64,000 bases of DNA from Candidatus Bathyarchaeota archaeon (GCA_963826715.1 CAWGYA010000002.1:288001-352000), one strand, 5' to 3'. Shown: positions 19,477 to 30,528, counted from the stretch's first letter. Numbers and translations: made by a program. Notes: generated from the sequence alone by a model not told the origin.

Positions 19477-19932
19477 ATGGTAATTAGTAAGGTTCTGGTT
19501 GCAGTCGACGGCTCCGAAAACTCTGAACGGGCACTTGACTTTACCTTAGATTTCGCAGAAAAATATGGAGCAGACTTAACTGCAATCAATGTTATGGAAT
19601 CTTCAGCGATGGCTACAGTTCCTGCAGACATTTCAGCTTACACTGGCGACAGCAGTATGGTAGTGGTCGCTAAGGAGTTAAGGAAGTTCCACGAGGATCT
19701 TTTAAAAAAAATATCTCTGAAGGCCAAAGCTACTAAACCTAACATTGCCATTTCAACTCTGCTTCGGGAAGGCAACCCTGCCTCAGAAATTATTTCGGCT
19801 GCTAAAGAAGGCAATTTTGATGTTGTTGTGATGGGACATAGAGGGGCAAGTAAGGTACGAGAGATTTTTTTGGGGAGTATCAGCGAGAAGGTTGCTCATT
19901 CACTAGACTGCACTTTCATAATAGTCAGATAA
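19477..19932 (+). CDS. Universal stress protein
   Basis: VLVAVDGSENS and VVMGHRG...LGSISEKV motifs. Confidence 0.92.
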   Translation: MVISKVLVAVDGSENSERALDFTLDFAEKYGADLTAINVMESSAMATVPADISAYTGDSSMVVVAKELRKFHEDLLKKISLKAKATKPNIAISTLLREGNPASEIISAAKEGNFDVVVMGHRGASKVREIFLGSISEKVAHSLDCTFIIVR

Positions 19933-20165
19933 TTCTTCAAACAGAAATGCAGCAACAAAAATAGTAGGCTCGATTGAGGCAATTTTCAAAAAATCATTTA
20001 ACTTAAGTGAAGAAACAACAAACGAAGAAAAAACATAGAGCCCGTAATCATTCATCAATAGTGAAAAATTATCCAAGCAAGAAATAACCGAAATTTCAGA
20101 TCTATTGTAAGTAGAAAAAGTTTGCGCATTAAACCCTTAAATTTCTTTTCACTTTATCTTTAATT

Positions 20166-21077
20166 ATGATAACAGTTATTGGCGCGGGCAAAGTTGGAAG
20201 CGCCGCTGCTTTTGATATTCTTCGCTACAAAATAAGCGATGTTATCTTGATTGACACCAATAAGAATCAAGCGGAGGGGGAAGCTTTGGATATGATGCAG
20301 GCCGCACCCGCCATAGATTTCGATGGAACCATCCGTGGAACCAATGATTTTAGCGCTATGCGGGATTCTGAGCTAGTCATCGTAACGGCTGGAATGGGTA
20401 GACGACCTGATATGACACGTATTGATCTCATGAATATCAATGCGCAAATAATAAGAAGTATCACCCATGAAGTCGCCAAGTATGCACCAAATACAAATTT
20501 GATGATAGTTAGCAATCCGGTGGACATTATGACATATGTCAGCTTCAAAGAAACAGGTTTTCCACGGAGTCGACTCTTCGGAATGGGAAACATTCTGGAT
20601 GGCATGCGTTTCCGAACTTATATCGCAGAGGAGCTAGGGGTGTCACGTGAGGATACAAGGGCATTGGTAATTGGTGAACATGGCGATTCAATGGTGCCAC
20701 TCGTTGATTACGCTTCAGTTTCAGGCATACCCATAACAAGTTTACTGTCAACAGAGCAGATTGAACGTATAGTACATCGCACTATCACGTCAGGAGCTGA
20801 TGTTATTAAATTAAAAGGAAGCACTGAATATGCCCCCGGATCAGTGATTGCGATAACCGCAGATGCGATTTTAACTGGTAGAAATCGTGTCATGAGCGTT
20901 TCAACCTGCCTTGAGGGCGAATATGATCAATCATGCGTTTCCATTGGGGTTCCAGTAGTTCTGGGTAAACAGGGAGTTGAGAAAATAATTGAACTTGATT
21001 TATCACTGAAAACTAGACAGCGGTTTGAACAATCAGTTACCGCAGTTAAAAATGCAATTGCGGCACTAAAATATTAA
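20166..21077 (+). CDS. mdh: Malate dehydrogenase (LDH-like)
   Basis: GAGKVG, RRPDMTRIDL, SNPVD and GEHGDSMVP motifs. Confidence 0.9.
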   Translation: MITVIGAGKVGSAAAFDILRYKISDVILIDTNKNQAEGEALDMMQAAPAIDFDGTIRGTNDFSAMRDSELVIVTAGMGRRPDMTRIDLMNINAQIIRSITHEVAKYAPNTNLMIVSNPVDIMTYVSFKETGFPRSRLFGMGNILDGMRFRTYIAEELGVSREDTRALVIGEHGDSMVPLVDYASVSGIPITSLLSTEQIERIVHRTITSGADVIKLKGSTEYAPGSVIAITADAILTGRNRVMSVSTCLEGEYDQSCVSIGVPVVLGKQGVEKIIELDLSLKTRQRFEQSVTAVKNAIAALKY

Positions 21078-21096
21078 TTTCTCTAAAAAGAGGAGT

Positions 21097-21300
21097 TTAG
21101 ATTTGAGGCTTAATTTTTGCACAGTAAAAGTTGCCATTTAACCGCACAAACGCCGGACATTTTCCGTCATCACAGTGCTCAAGCCATTGGCAAGGTGCAC
21201 GAATTTCGTGTATTCGTGGCATGTAACTTCTCAGGTTAATGATTTCCGTTTGAGTTTCTCTATGAGAGATTTGTTTAACAATTGTTTCCATTATTAACAC
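21097..21300 (-). CDS. Small Cys-rich hypothetical protein
   Basis: CQWLEHC...CPAF...C; start probably at METI, after a GGTG SD-like site. Confidence 0.5.
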   Translation of the reverse strand: MLIMETIVKQISHRETQTEIINLRSYMPRIHEIRAPCQWLEHCDDGKCPAFVRLNGNFYCAKIKPQI

Positions 21301-21557
21301 CTTATTTTTTTACAAGCCTGATTAAAATATTATTGCACACCTGAAGTTAATTAAAAAATGTGACAGTCATTGTACAACAACAAAAACATATAAGCGCTTA
21401 AACGTTAAAAAGATAAAATTTTTAATTACCTGACATGAGTGCAAACTACTTTCATGCGTTATTAGATCGGCAAGTCCATAGAGACCTTTAGTTCCATCCG
21501 CAAAATAGAGCCTGCAACGTTAACTTTAATATTCAAAAACCTCCACATTAAGACATC

Positions 21558-22532
21558 TTGGTGAACCAGATGGATAAAGCATTAAGCCTCAATCAAATGG
21601 CTTGGCAAAAAGCCCAGGAACTTCTAAATAACCCCGAGTTGTACGGAATAGCCGTCACAAAATCTTCTACAGGAGCCACAATAATCGATGCAGGTGTCAA
21701 AGCATCTGGCGGATTTGCAGCAGGCAAAGTCTTAACCGAGCTGTGTTTAGGCAATGCAGGTAAAGTAGAATTGGGCTTCAAAACCTATGGTGAGATATTT
21801 TTTCCATCCATAACCGTCACTTCTGACCATCCTGCAGTCGCCATGTTGGGTAGTCAATTTGCTGGATGGCGTATCAAGGACGGCGACAACATAGCCATCG
21901 GCTCAGGACCGGTCCGGGCTCTAGCGCTTAAACCCAAGGAAATTTACGAGGAACTCGGCTACTTAGACAAAAGCGATAAAGCTGTCATCACATTGGAAAG
22001 CAACGTTTTACCCTCTGATGTGCTGGTGGAGAAAGTCTGCAAAAACGCAAACATCACCCCAGAAAACCTTATCATCGTTGTCGCCCCAACCGCCTCCGTT
22101 GCGGGTTTAACGCAGGTTGCGGGGCGCGTCGTGGAAGTAGGCATCCATAAACTCCACACGCTTGGCTTAGACCCCAAATGTATCCGCTACGCCATGGGCT
22201 ACGCACCAATTCCGCCCGTTGGACCCGACTTTGAAGTCGCGATGGCACGCACAAACGATGTTATCCTCTACGGGGGCACTGTCTACCTCACTGTGGACTA
22301 CGATGACGAAGCAAAACTGCAAAAACTGGTAAACGATGCTCCCTCAATCAACTCTAAAGACTACGGCAAGCCGTTTCTGCAGATTTTCCTTGATGCCGGC
22401 AAGGACTTCTACAAAATAGACCATGGCTTATTCGCCCCCGCAGCCTTGATGATTAACAACGCAAAAACAGGCAGAACATTTAAGGCGGGAAAAATAAATC
22501 CGCAAGTGTTAGCCCAAGCTCTGGGCTTCTAA
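21558..22532 (+). CDS. mch: Methenyltetrahydromethanopterin cyclohydrolase
   Basis: LGSQFAGW, GSGPVRALA, AMARTND...YGG and DFYKID..LFAPA motifs. Confidence 0.93.
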   Translation: MVNQMDKALSLNQMAWQKAQELLNNPELYGIAVTKSSTGATIIDAGVKASGGFAAGKVLTELCLGNAGKVELGFKTYGEIFFPSITVTSDHPAVAMLGSQFAGWRIKDGDNIAIGSGPVRALALKPKEIYEELGYLDKSDKAVITLESNVLPSDVLVEKVCKNANITPENLIIVVAPTASVAGLTQVAGRVVEVGIHKLHTLGLDPKCIRYAMGYAPIPPVGPDFEVAMARTNDVILYGGTVYLTVDYDDEAKLQKLVNDAPSINSKDYGKPFLQIFLDAGKDFYKIDHGLFAPAALMINNAKTGRTFKAGKINPQVLAQALGF

Positions 22533-22544
22533 AACTCCCTTTCT

Positions 22545-23171
22545 TTATTTAACAGCTATGCCGTTTTTTGCTTCTCCCGGCATTGTCAAATGGAGCACCT
22601 TCTGGACTCTACGCGCTATCAGCCAACCAATCGGAATCGTATAAAGCGCTAGTGTAGCATTAAAGATGGCTGCAAAGGGCAAATATGCATTTGTTAAAGC
22701 TTGGTCAAAACCGAAGCTTTTGAATCCTATTGGGTATGGCTGGGGCAAAGCGAAGTATAGCAGCACAGACATTAAGCTGACGCGGGTTAGGATGCCCAGT
22801 CCAGTTGCAATTGCAGCCCATTTCGCGCTGGATAGAATGCTTTTGTCCTTGTTTGAGCGGATTCTTTTGCCGATAATTACGGCTGAAAAAATTCCAATCT
22901 GCATCGCTAATGTTGCAGCAAGGTTGTATGCTGGTCCAGTTGGGAGGGCGCCGGGGAAGATTGCGAACAGCACAGCGGTGTTTAAGAGTGATACTCCTAG
23001 TCCGGCTACTGGACTAATTATTAGGAAGGCAATAACAACTGGGATTTCCCATACTTGGTAGATGAGGCCCTGTGCAAATGGGGCTGCGAAGCTTATGAAT
23101 GTAAAGTTGGGGTTAAGAGCTATTGCTAGTGCAGCGAAAACTATTGTTAGGGCGAGTTTTTTAGTGTTCAT
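22545..23171 (-). CDS. ECF-transporter S-component-like membrane protein
   Basis: MNTKKLA...FAALAIAL, YQVWEIP; about 6 TM helices. Confidence 0.7.
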   Translation of the reverse strand: MNTKKLALTIVFAALAIALNPNFTFISFAAPFAQGLIYQVWEIPVVIAFLIISPVAGLGVSLLNTAVLFAIFPGALPTGPAYNLAATLAMQIGIFSAVIIGKRIRSNKDKSILSSAKWAAIATGLGILTRVSLMSVLLYFALPQPYPIGFKSFGFDQALTNAYLPFAAIFNATLALYTIPIGWLIARRVQKVLHLTMPGEAKNGIAVK

Positions 23172-23300
23172 GTTTGCTGTTCCTCTTTTGGTGTTGAATG
23201 TGGCAGTTACCTATTTAAGAGTAGCTACCTAAAAAAGCGTATTGAATTTTGGCTAAAATTGATAAACAAGACAACCAATACAGTAGGTAAGTGAAGCGTC

Positions 23301-24554
23301 TTGACGGAAACAACCATCCAATTCTCCAACTCCACGGAAGCCAAACAATGGCTCGAAACCCAGAGCAGCACCATCCTCAGCCCCGTCCATACCCAAGCCA
23401 AAAAACTACGGGATGAAATGGACACATCCGTCCAAGCTGTCTCAGACGTAAGCAAAGCTCTCTTTGACACTAGTACCAAAGAAATCGAAAAACGAAACAT
23501 GAAACTCTACAACCGCGCCCGCGCCCTAAACAAGCTCGCTCGCCTCTTCCTTGACAGATTCAAAAAACTCACGCCGCCCGAAGAGGTCTCCTACGATAAT
23601 ATGAACAAGTACACTCAAGAAACCCAAAAAGTCTTCTTGGTTACGGAAATCGACATTAAAAACTGGTTCCCCCGAATCTCACCATTCTTCATCATGGATC
23701 GTAGAAAGTTTTTGGCCATCTATGAACGAGCCAAACAAGCCTACAATACCCTAAACGATTTTGTTACTAAAGAATACGTGAAAACCAAGACACTTGAGGA
23801 AGCACTCAATCAACTTAATGATTTACAGAATCTTGAACGCCAACTTTCCAGTTTAGAAGAAGAACATGAAGACATAAAGAGCGAACGGGATTCACTCGAA
23901 CGAGAAATCGTAGAACTTAATAAAAAAATCGAGGAAATAACAAGCGAAGGCCCCATCGATAAACTTAACATAGTTAACAACGAAATCGAGAATTTAACCT
24001 ACGCACTTAAGAACACCCTTCGCCACCTCCAGAAGCCTTTCATTAAAATGCAGGCGTTAGCAACTTCAGGCGGAGGCGGAGGTATCACCCCCGATGAAGT
24101 CCAAAAAATTAATCTTTACTTGGATTCGCCGTTTGACGCGCTTGTGTCAGAGCAGCCAGGTTACCCTAAGTTGCGGGAGATTCTGGAGAAGTTGGTAGAC
24201 TTGATTGAAAAAGACACGCTTAAACTAAAAGCAGATAAAGCCCGCAAAGCTGAACAATCAAGCAATGACATACTCCACAACCATTCCCTAAACAGCCTAC
24301 AAACTCATTGTGTTGAGATTGCGACAAGACGAGAACAGATAGTTGCATCAGCGAAAATGGATGAAATAAAACGCGACCTCACTCAATACCAAGAACAAGT
24401 AGACCAGCTAAAAGCACGCAAAACTAGCGTTGAAACCCATGAAACCGTAAAAGGCAACATCCACCAAGAAAACATCGATAAAATCAACAACCTCAAACGA
24501 ACAATAGAACGCAACATCTACACAGCAATCGACAAAAAAATCCAAATCGCTTAA
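23301..24554 (+). CDS. Coiled-coil hypothetical protein
   Basis: 417-aa ORF rich in heptad/charged segments. Confidence 0.8.
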   Translation: MTETTIQFSNSTEAKQWLETQSSTILSPVHTQAKKLRDEMDTSVQAVSDVSKALFDTSTKEIEKRNMKLYNRARALNKLARLFLDRFKKLTPPEEVSYDNMNKYTQETQKVFLVTEIDIKNWFPRISPFFIMDRRKFLAIYERAKQAYNTLNDFVTKEYVKTKTLEEALNQLNDLQNLERQLSSLEEEHEDIKSERDSLEREIVELNKKIEEITSEGPIDKLNIVNNEIENLTYALKNTLRHLQKPFIKMQALATSGGGGGITPDEVQKINLYLDSPFDALVSEQPGYPKLREILEKLVDLIEKDTLKLKADKARKAEQSSNDILHNHSLNSLQTHCVEIATRREQIVASAKMDEIKRDLTQYQEQVDQLKARKTSVETHETVKGNIHQENIDKINNLKRTIERNIYTAIDKKIQIA

Positions 24555-24657
24555 GCAACTCCAGAGGACAGAAGCTTTTGAAGTTGACAGCTAAAAAACA
24601 TGAGTCCTTAGATAAATGGTTATGTACCCTTTCGCCCTCAAAATAAGGAAGGTTTAG

Positions 24658-25674
24658 ATGCTGCAAACGGAATACGCTATCCAAACAAACGGTCTAACCA
24701 AAACCTTCAAAACCAAAAAAGTTCTCAATGCACATAGCTTCTTTAGAGCAAAAAACGGCGTACCCATCAACGCCATCGACAACCTCAATCTCAACATAAA
24801 ACATGGGCAACTCTTCGGACTTTTAGGACCTAATGGTGCAGGTAAAACCACTCTTGTAAAAATTCTCTGCACCCTACTGCCCCCTGACAGTGGAACAGCG
24901 AAAGTCAACGGCTACGACGTTGTTAAAGATCAGATGCAAGTCAAGCGTTCGTTAGGAACGCTTTTTAGTGTAGGAGAACGGGGCTTTTTTTGGCGGCTAA
25001 ACGGCTACCGCAACCTAGAGTTTTTTGCCTCCATATATAACGTGCCTCGCCAGAATCGACATGACCGAATCATGGAGGTGCTAAAACTAGTTGGTTTAGA
25101 GTCCAACGCCAATGAACTGTACCAGCGTTACTCCGGCGGCATGAAACGCAAGTTATCTTTGGCAAGGACACTTCTGGCAGATCCGCCAATTTTGCTTCTA
25201 GATGAACCCACCGTTGGGTTGGATGTGATTTCGTCACGTAGCATTAAAGACTTCGTTCAGCGTACTGTGAAGGAAACGGGAAAAACAGTTCTATACACTA
25301 CTCACTACATCGAAGAAGCGGCCCAAATCTGCACTCAAATCGGCATTCTGCGCCGCGGACAAATTATTGCGCTTGACTCTCCCGAGGCCATACGCAGAAT
25401 GATCAAAACAAGAGAACTCATATACATCGTCGTCCAGCAAATCAGCGCCCAGCAAATCGAAAAACTAGGCGCTCTGTCCCCTGTAACCAACTTGACCGAA
25501 AACGATCAGCATACAACGGGCAACCAAAAAGGGTTCTATATAGAACTGAAAAATATGGACCAGATTCATGAAATCTTTGATTTCCTTTTCAAACAACACA
25601 TTAAACTTGTAAACTTTCGTCTTGAAGAACCGACTTTGGAAGATGCGTTTATTGAGTTAACTGGGAGGGTATAA
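24658..25674 (+). CDS. ABC transporter ATP-binding protein
   Basis: GPNGAGKTT, YSGGMKR, LLLDEPTVGLD; EPTLEDAF tail. Confidence 0.92.
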   Translation: MLQTEYAIQTNGLTKTFKTKKVLNAHSFFRAKNGVPINAIDNLNLNIKHGQLFGLLGPNGAGKTTLVKILCTLLPPDSGTAKVNGYDVVKDQMQVKRSLGTLFSVGERGFFWRLNGYRNLEFFASIYNVPRQNRHDRIMEVLKLVGLESNANELYQRYSGGMKRKLSLARTLLADPPILLLDEPTVGLDVISSRSIKDFVQRTVKETGKTVLYTTHYIEEAAQICTQIGILRRGQIIALDSPEAIRRMIKTRELIYIVVQQISAQQIEKLGALSPVTNLTENDQHTTGNQKGFYIELKNMDQIHEIFDFLFKQHIKLVNFRLEEPTLEDAFIELTGRV

Positions 25675-25715
25675 CGCTGGCGTTTTGGGATGAGCTAGAA
25701 AAAGTCTTCTACTTC

Positions 25716-26474
25716 ATGAAACGCGATGCAATAAGCTTCAGCACCTATAAAACCAATATAGCTATCCTAATCGCGACGGCACTATTCGGCGCCTTATCAT
25801 TCGCCTATTTGGGATCTAATGCATCAATGCAGACGGTTCTGCAACTCTACAACATGGACTTAACTACTTATCTGCTCATTGGTTTGGCTTTTAACACCTA
25901 TCTTAGCCAAAGCCTCACGCTGATTCAAAAAACCATTAACCCCTGGGCGCTTGAAGAAGTGCTAGTTTCACCTACTACTTTAAGAACATTCATTGTGGGA
26001 AGCTCGCTTTGGGGTTTTCTTTGGAGCACAGTAGTTGTCGTAGTATATCTTGCCATAGGAGTCTTTGTCTTCGATGTTTCATTAAGCATCAATGTGCTTG
26101 GCACGTTAATTGTGCTGGCACTAGGCGTTGGTACCTTCATCGGTTTTAGCATGATAGGTGCAGGCATACTCATCCTCACAAAACAGGGCGACCCCGTTAC
26201 GGCACTCATATCTATTGCAACCACCCTTTTTGGTAACGTGCTGTTCCCTCCGCAGGTTATGCCCCCTATATTGCAAGCCATCAGCTATTTGCTACCTCAA
26301 TACTACTTCTTCACATGCATCAGGCTCATGCTAACAGGCTGGACCATACCAATGATTCTACCCAACCTACTGGTGCTAGCGTTAATGTGTGCAATAATCA
26401 TGCCATTAGGTTACGGCGTATACACATGGTGCCTCAAAACGGCGCGGAAGAACGGAACCCTCTCCTGGTTCTAA
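25716..26474 (+). CDS. ABC-2 transporter permease
   Basis: About 6 TM helices, LFPPQVMP...LPQYY; follows the ATPase. Confidence 0.88.
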   Translation: MKRDAISFSTYKTNIAILIATALFGALSFAYLGSNASMQTVLQLYNMDLTTYLLIGLAFNTYLSQSLTLIQKTINPWALEEVLVSPTTLRTFIVGSSLWGFLWSTVVVVVYLAIGVFVFDVSLSINVLGTLIVLALGVGTFIGFSMIGAGILILTKQGDPVTALISIATTLFGNVLFPPQVMPPILQAISYLLPQYYFFTCIRLMLTGWTIPMILPNLLVLALMCAIIMPLGYGVYTWCLKTARKNGTLSWF

Positions 26475-26494
26475 GCTCAATATATCAGGACAAA

Positions 26495-28201
26495 CTACCT
26501 TTTGCATTTAAGGGAAACAATTTTTTGGTAATTAACCTCAAAGGCAGCTACTGGCATTTCAAACTTCCAAGCTTCCAGCACCAACGGGTGAATTTCACCA
26601 ACAACACCCACATCAACGTCCTCCACTTTTACGGCGCCCACTCGACCCTCTATAAAGGTTGGATGCAATATCTCTTTGATTTGCCAATCAAAACCCAAAT
26701 TAGTCAAAAACGAATCCAGAATTGATTTGATTTCCGTAAAATTTGCATTGGGATGCGTGGAAGAAGCGGCAAGCCAATCCTCATCGCGAGTTCGAGTTTC
26801 AGCCAAAGGATCAGGATACGTGATTTTACCCAGCTCAAAGACTCTTTGAGGAAACTCGACAGATTGGTTAATAGAAAGGAACTCCATGATGCTAGGCAAT
26901 AACCAACTTCGCAGGCAGGTCATAGTGTTAACTTTAGGGTTTGCCAACTCCACTGTTGCAGTGGGCAGCCAATTCATTTTTCGATAAAGGATATCCTGAT
27001 TAGTTAGCGTGTTACTTAGAATTTCCTGGAAACCAAGCCCTACCATTAAGTCTCGGGCGGCATCAATTTGATTTTGTCCAGGTTTAGCTTGCCCAGTTGT
27101 TGGCAACTCACGCCAAAGCGGCTCAATATTGTTATAACCATAAGCAATCGCAATGTCTTCAATAATATCCACTTGATGCATGACGTCTACACGATAACAG
27201 GGAACCAATACATTGAGGAAGTGGGAGTTAATTTTTTCAAAGTCGAGTCCAGCAATACCTAACAAATCTGAAATGTCCTCTGCAGAAAGATCGAGACCGA
27301 GAAGGCGATTTGTTTCCGCCACACTTAACTTTAAGGATCTGCTATCAAAGTTTGGCGTAACAACTGTATTTTCACAATAACATGAACCCTGGGGATAGGT
27401 AATAGTAGCACGATAAGCACTACCACCACGGTCGATAAGCGCCAAAGTAACCAAATTAAGCGTGTTAAGGACAGTTCGATGTAGCGTACCTGTTACTTCA
27501 ACTAAGAGATTGCGGCTATCTTCGGTGATTTTTCCTAGGTCATTGCTGTTAATAATTGGCGGGAACGAGAGCACTTTACCTTCACTATCAAACAATATCG
27601 GATAGAGAGAATTGCATTTAACTATGTGACCATATTCGACACCTTTAGGGTGCTGGTTCAAAATCTCATCAAGACACATAGCCTCTTTGAAACCCAGCGG
27701 CACAAACCGCACCTCAGAAGGCGGAACCGCCTCGTACTTAATTGGCGGCTTTATGAGGTCGAGATTGTAGATCCCGATACTGGTTTTCTGACGGCTGCGT
27801 CCGTTGGTTTGATCAAGTTTATCCTGCAGGTGCATTATACCCTTAATGACTTGATCGCTGAGGTTTACACCTTTGACAACTGCGCAGCAGATATAAGGGC
27901 GAATACATTGGAGCCGAGTATCCACATTAACTTCTATCGCCGATTCTCCGAGGCTATAATGCTTAATGCCCTTTTCCTGCCCAAGAAAACCGCGTAGAGC
28001 ACGAGACAATCCCTCTACGCTCCATAGGTCAGCCCGAGCTGTATCCTTCATTTCAATACTAACAGAGGCCTCCTTCTGATCAAAAGACTTTACTTCGCCT
28101 TTGACGTAAACAAGGATCTCATCTAGCTTTTCCATGTCGCCATTCAAAGTTATGTTCAAGAGCCGCTGCAACTCATTGTAATCCACCTCAATTGTGGGCA
28201 T
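26495..28201 (-). CDS. pheT: Phenylalanine--tRNA ligase beta subunit
   Basis: MPTIEV, RADLWSVEG, SFPPIINS, VPCYRVDVMHQVDIIEDIAIAYGY. Confidence 0.96.
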   Translation of the reverse strand: MPTIEVDYNELQRLLNITLNGDMEKLDEILVYVKGEVKSFDQKEASVSIEMKDTARADLWSVEGLSRALRGFLGQEKGIKHYSLGESAIEVNVDTRLQCIRPYICCAVVKGVNLSDQVIKGIMHLQDKLDQTNGRSRQKTSIGIYNLDLIKPPIKYEAVPPSEVRFVPLGFKEAMCLDEILNQHPKGVEYGHIVKCNSLYPILFDSEGKVLSFPPIINSNDLGKITEDSRNLLVEVTGTLHRTVLNTLNLVTLALIDRGGSAYRATITYPQGSCYCENTVVTPNFDSRSLKLSVAETNRLLGLDLSAEDISDLLGIAGLDFEKINSHFLNVLVPCYRVDVMHQVDIIEDIAIAYGYNNIEPLWRELPTTGQAKPGQNQIDAARDLMVGLGFQEILSNTLTNQDILYRKMNWLPTATVELANPKVNTMTCLRSWLLPSIMEFLSINQSVEFPQRVFELGKITYPDPLAETRTRDEDWLAASSTHPNANFTEIKSILDSFLTNLGFDWQIKEILHPTFIEGRVGAVKVEDVDVGVVGEIHPLVLEAWKFEMPVAAFEVNYQKIVSLKCKR

Positions 28202-28202
28202 T

Positions 28203-29729
28203 TTATCTCACCTGTGTCCTCCGTAACCAATCAAGATCCTGACTAAAAATCATGCGAATGTCATCAATTCCACTCCGCATCATGAAGAGCCGGTCCACTC
28301 CCAAACCCCATGCAATAACAGGAACTTTAACTCCAAGAGGTATAGTGACTTCTGGGCGGAAAATTCCTGACCCTCCGAACTCAATCCAACCGTAGCCCTC
28401 TTTGTAGGCGCTTAGTTCGACACTTGGTTCAGTGAATGGAAAATAGTCAGGTTTAAAGCGGACTTTATCTGCTCCCGCGATTTCAAGGGCAAACTTTCCT
28501 AAGACTCCAAGGAGGTCCTTTAGAGTGAGATTTTCATCGATTATGATGCCTTCAACTTGGTTAAATTCACTGAGATGAGTGCGATCAGTTATTTCGGGTC
28601 GGTATACACGTGCGATGCTGAAATGACGGCTTGGCACCGTAAACTTTCTTGATTCTAGGGTTCGAGCGCTTAGACATGTACCGTGACCCCGTAAGATCAA
28701 CCTTTGAGCAGCCTCAAGAGAGAAGGAGTAGCCCCAACCGGTGCTACCGGTATCATCGCCATTCTCATGGGTACCTTTAACACTCTCAAGTGCTACCGCG
28801 TGATTTTCAATGTTGCCATACTTGGGGTCCTTAATGTAATAGATATCTGAGGGCTCACGTGCAGGATGATCTTGAGGCACATAGAGCGCGTCAAAGTTGA
28901 AAAAACTGGTCTCAACCGCTGTCCCAGTCATCTCCTGAAAACCAAGTTGTACTAACTTAGCGCGAACCTCGTCAAGAAAGCTTAGATAAGGATGTTTTTT
29001 TCCGCCCCAAGTTTTCGCAACGGGGGCTTCTATGTTATATTTCTGAAGTTTGGCATCACGCCATTTGCCTGTGATTATGAGTTCTGCAGTGAGCTTAGTA
29101 ATTTCGGGAAGAACTGTTGCATTTTGGGATGCAACTTTACCTTCATGAGTGGTTTTAAGTTTGCGAGTTGTTTTGGGTTCTATAGTTAAGAGTTTACGTT
29201 TTTTAAGCTGCTCAGCCGCATCTTTGAGTTCATCGCTCAAGTCGTCAAGTGCCTCAAGCTCTTTGTCACAGAGGTGTTTGAGAAGGGCTTCGTCGCAGCC
29301 TTCGGGAATCGACATGTTGTGAATCAGGTTTTCGCTGATATGTAAATTGTTAGTTTGTGGGGAGTAGACTGCCCATTTCTTTCTGATAACCCATCCCAGG
29401 GCAATTTGGATGAACTGCGCTTCAAGTCCCGCTTGCTGGGCCGCCATACGTAAATCTGCCGTACCTCCAAGCTCTGCTACTTTTTGGATGAGTTTTCTTT
29501 CAGGTAGCTTATTTTTGGCGTATGCTTTGCCTTCAGCGGTGAGTTTAATTATGCTTTGGGTAGTGGCTTGTATGGTCAAAAGACCGCTTTCTTGCAGGGT
29601 AAGAGCAGAGCGCATGACAGCGGCATCTGAGAAGCTACATTCTTCAACTAGTTTCTCCACGGAAGCACTTCCGCCTTGTTCCTCTATTGCAGCAAGCAGC
29701 TGTTGTTCTTGAGCTCTAAGTTCAACCAT
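28203..29729 (-). CDS. pheS: Phenylalanine--tRNA ligase alpha subunit
   Basis: NFDALYVPQDHPARE, YFPFTEPS, GIFRPEV and AWGLGVDRL motifs. Confidence 0.96.
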   Translation of the reverse strand: MVELRAQEQQLLAAIEEQGGSASVEKLVEECSFSDAAVMRSALTLQESGLLTIQATTQSIIKLTAEGKAYAKNKLPERKLIQKVAELGGTADLRMAAQQAGLEAQFIQIALGWVIRKKWAVYSPQTNNLHISENLIHNMSIPEGCDEALLKHLCDKELEALDDLSDELKDAAEQLKKRKLLTIEPKTTRKLKTTHEGKVASQNATVLPEITKLTAELIITGKWRDAKLQKYNIEAPVAKTWGGKKHPYLSFLDEVRAKLVQLGFQEMTGTAVETSFFNFDALYVPQDHPAREPSDIYYIKDPKYGNIENHAVALESVKGTHENGDDTGSTGWGYSFSLEAAQRLILRGHGTCLSARTLESRKFTVPSRHFSIARVYRPEITDRTHLSEFNQVEGIIIDENLTLKDLLGVLGKFALEIAGADKVRFKPDYFPFTEPSVELSAYKEGYGWIEFGGSGIFRPEVTIPLGVKVPVIAWGLGVDRLFMMRSGIDDIRMIFSQDLDWLRRTQVR

Positions 29730-30076
29730 ATCAATGCAGCCTTTCCTAAGTTTTTCAGTCCGTAAAAGTAGTTCTTTCGCCTCAGATAAAAGCATGCTGA
29801 TTTATTGCAATTCAAGAATAATTAATCAAAAATAAAACATGTACATCTCTACAGCTGTCCGTAAACTATTTTTATTTAAAAACGCTGAATCAAAAATTCT
29901 TGTCAAACAAAAACCTGAGTGCATCCCTTACTGATCCATTGAAAACAAGCTGAAAAAAAGAGAAAATCAAGGTTGATATCAAACCTAATAGGGGGACAAA
30001 AAGCGCCGATCGAATTGAGGCTTTTTGCAAAAATTAGAAATACATGTTTATCAATATTTATTATTAGGAGAACGGC

Positions 30077-30250
30077 ATGGTTGACTACGTAAAGGGAGCT
30101 GAGCCGGACAGATGGCATTGGATTAAGAATTGTAAGCAATATCCTCGTGTAATTTTCCGCAGACGCCTTATTCGACCAAGCGCTGACTTATGTGACAATT
30201 GCTTAGATTTAGAGAAAAAAGCGTCAATTCATCAAGAATTAGCGGCATAA
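30077..30250 (+). CDS. Small putative metal-binding protein (57 aa, not in ORF track)
   Basis: AGGAG SD then MVDYVKGAEPDRWHWIKNCKQYP...LCDNCLDLEKK (H-x4-C...CxxC). Confidence 0.65.
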   Translation: MVDYVKGAEPDRWHWIKNCKQYPRVIFRRRLIRPSADLCDNCLDLEKKASIHQELAA

Positions 30251-30309
30251 TTTTCCCTTAAAAAACTTGAAGCGACTTAAATGCCAGCGTAAGCGCTATA
30301 TTTCTAGAA

Positions 30310-30414
30310 TTATTTTGATTTGCCTGCTTTCTTGGCGCATGCTGCGCTACAGTACTTCTTTTTAGCATCAAAAGTAGTGTAGGCTTTTTTGCAGACCGCA
30401 CACTTCTTGTCCAA
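30310..30414 (-). CDS. Zinc-finger microprotein (34 aa)
   Basis: GGAGG SD, TTG start: MDKKCAVCKKAYTTFDAKKKYCSAACAKKAGKSK. Confidence 0.65.
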   Translation of the reverse strand: MDKKCAVCKKAYTTFDAKKKYCSAACAKKAGKSK

Positions 30415-30528
30415 ACTAAATCCTCCTTTGTCTCCTAAATTAATTGTCTTAAGTGTAAAAAGATTTCGAAGCCAAAAATGCATAATATTCAAGTATCATT
30501 CCTGAACAAAAAATAGTGAACGTTTTTT

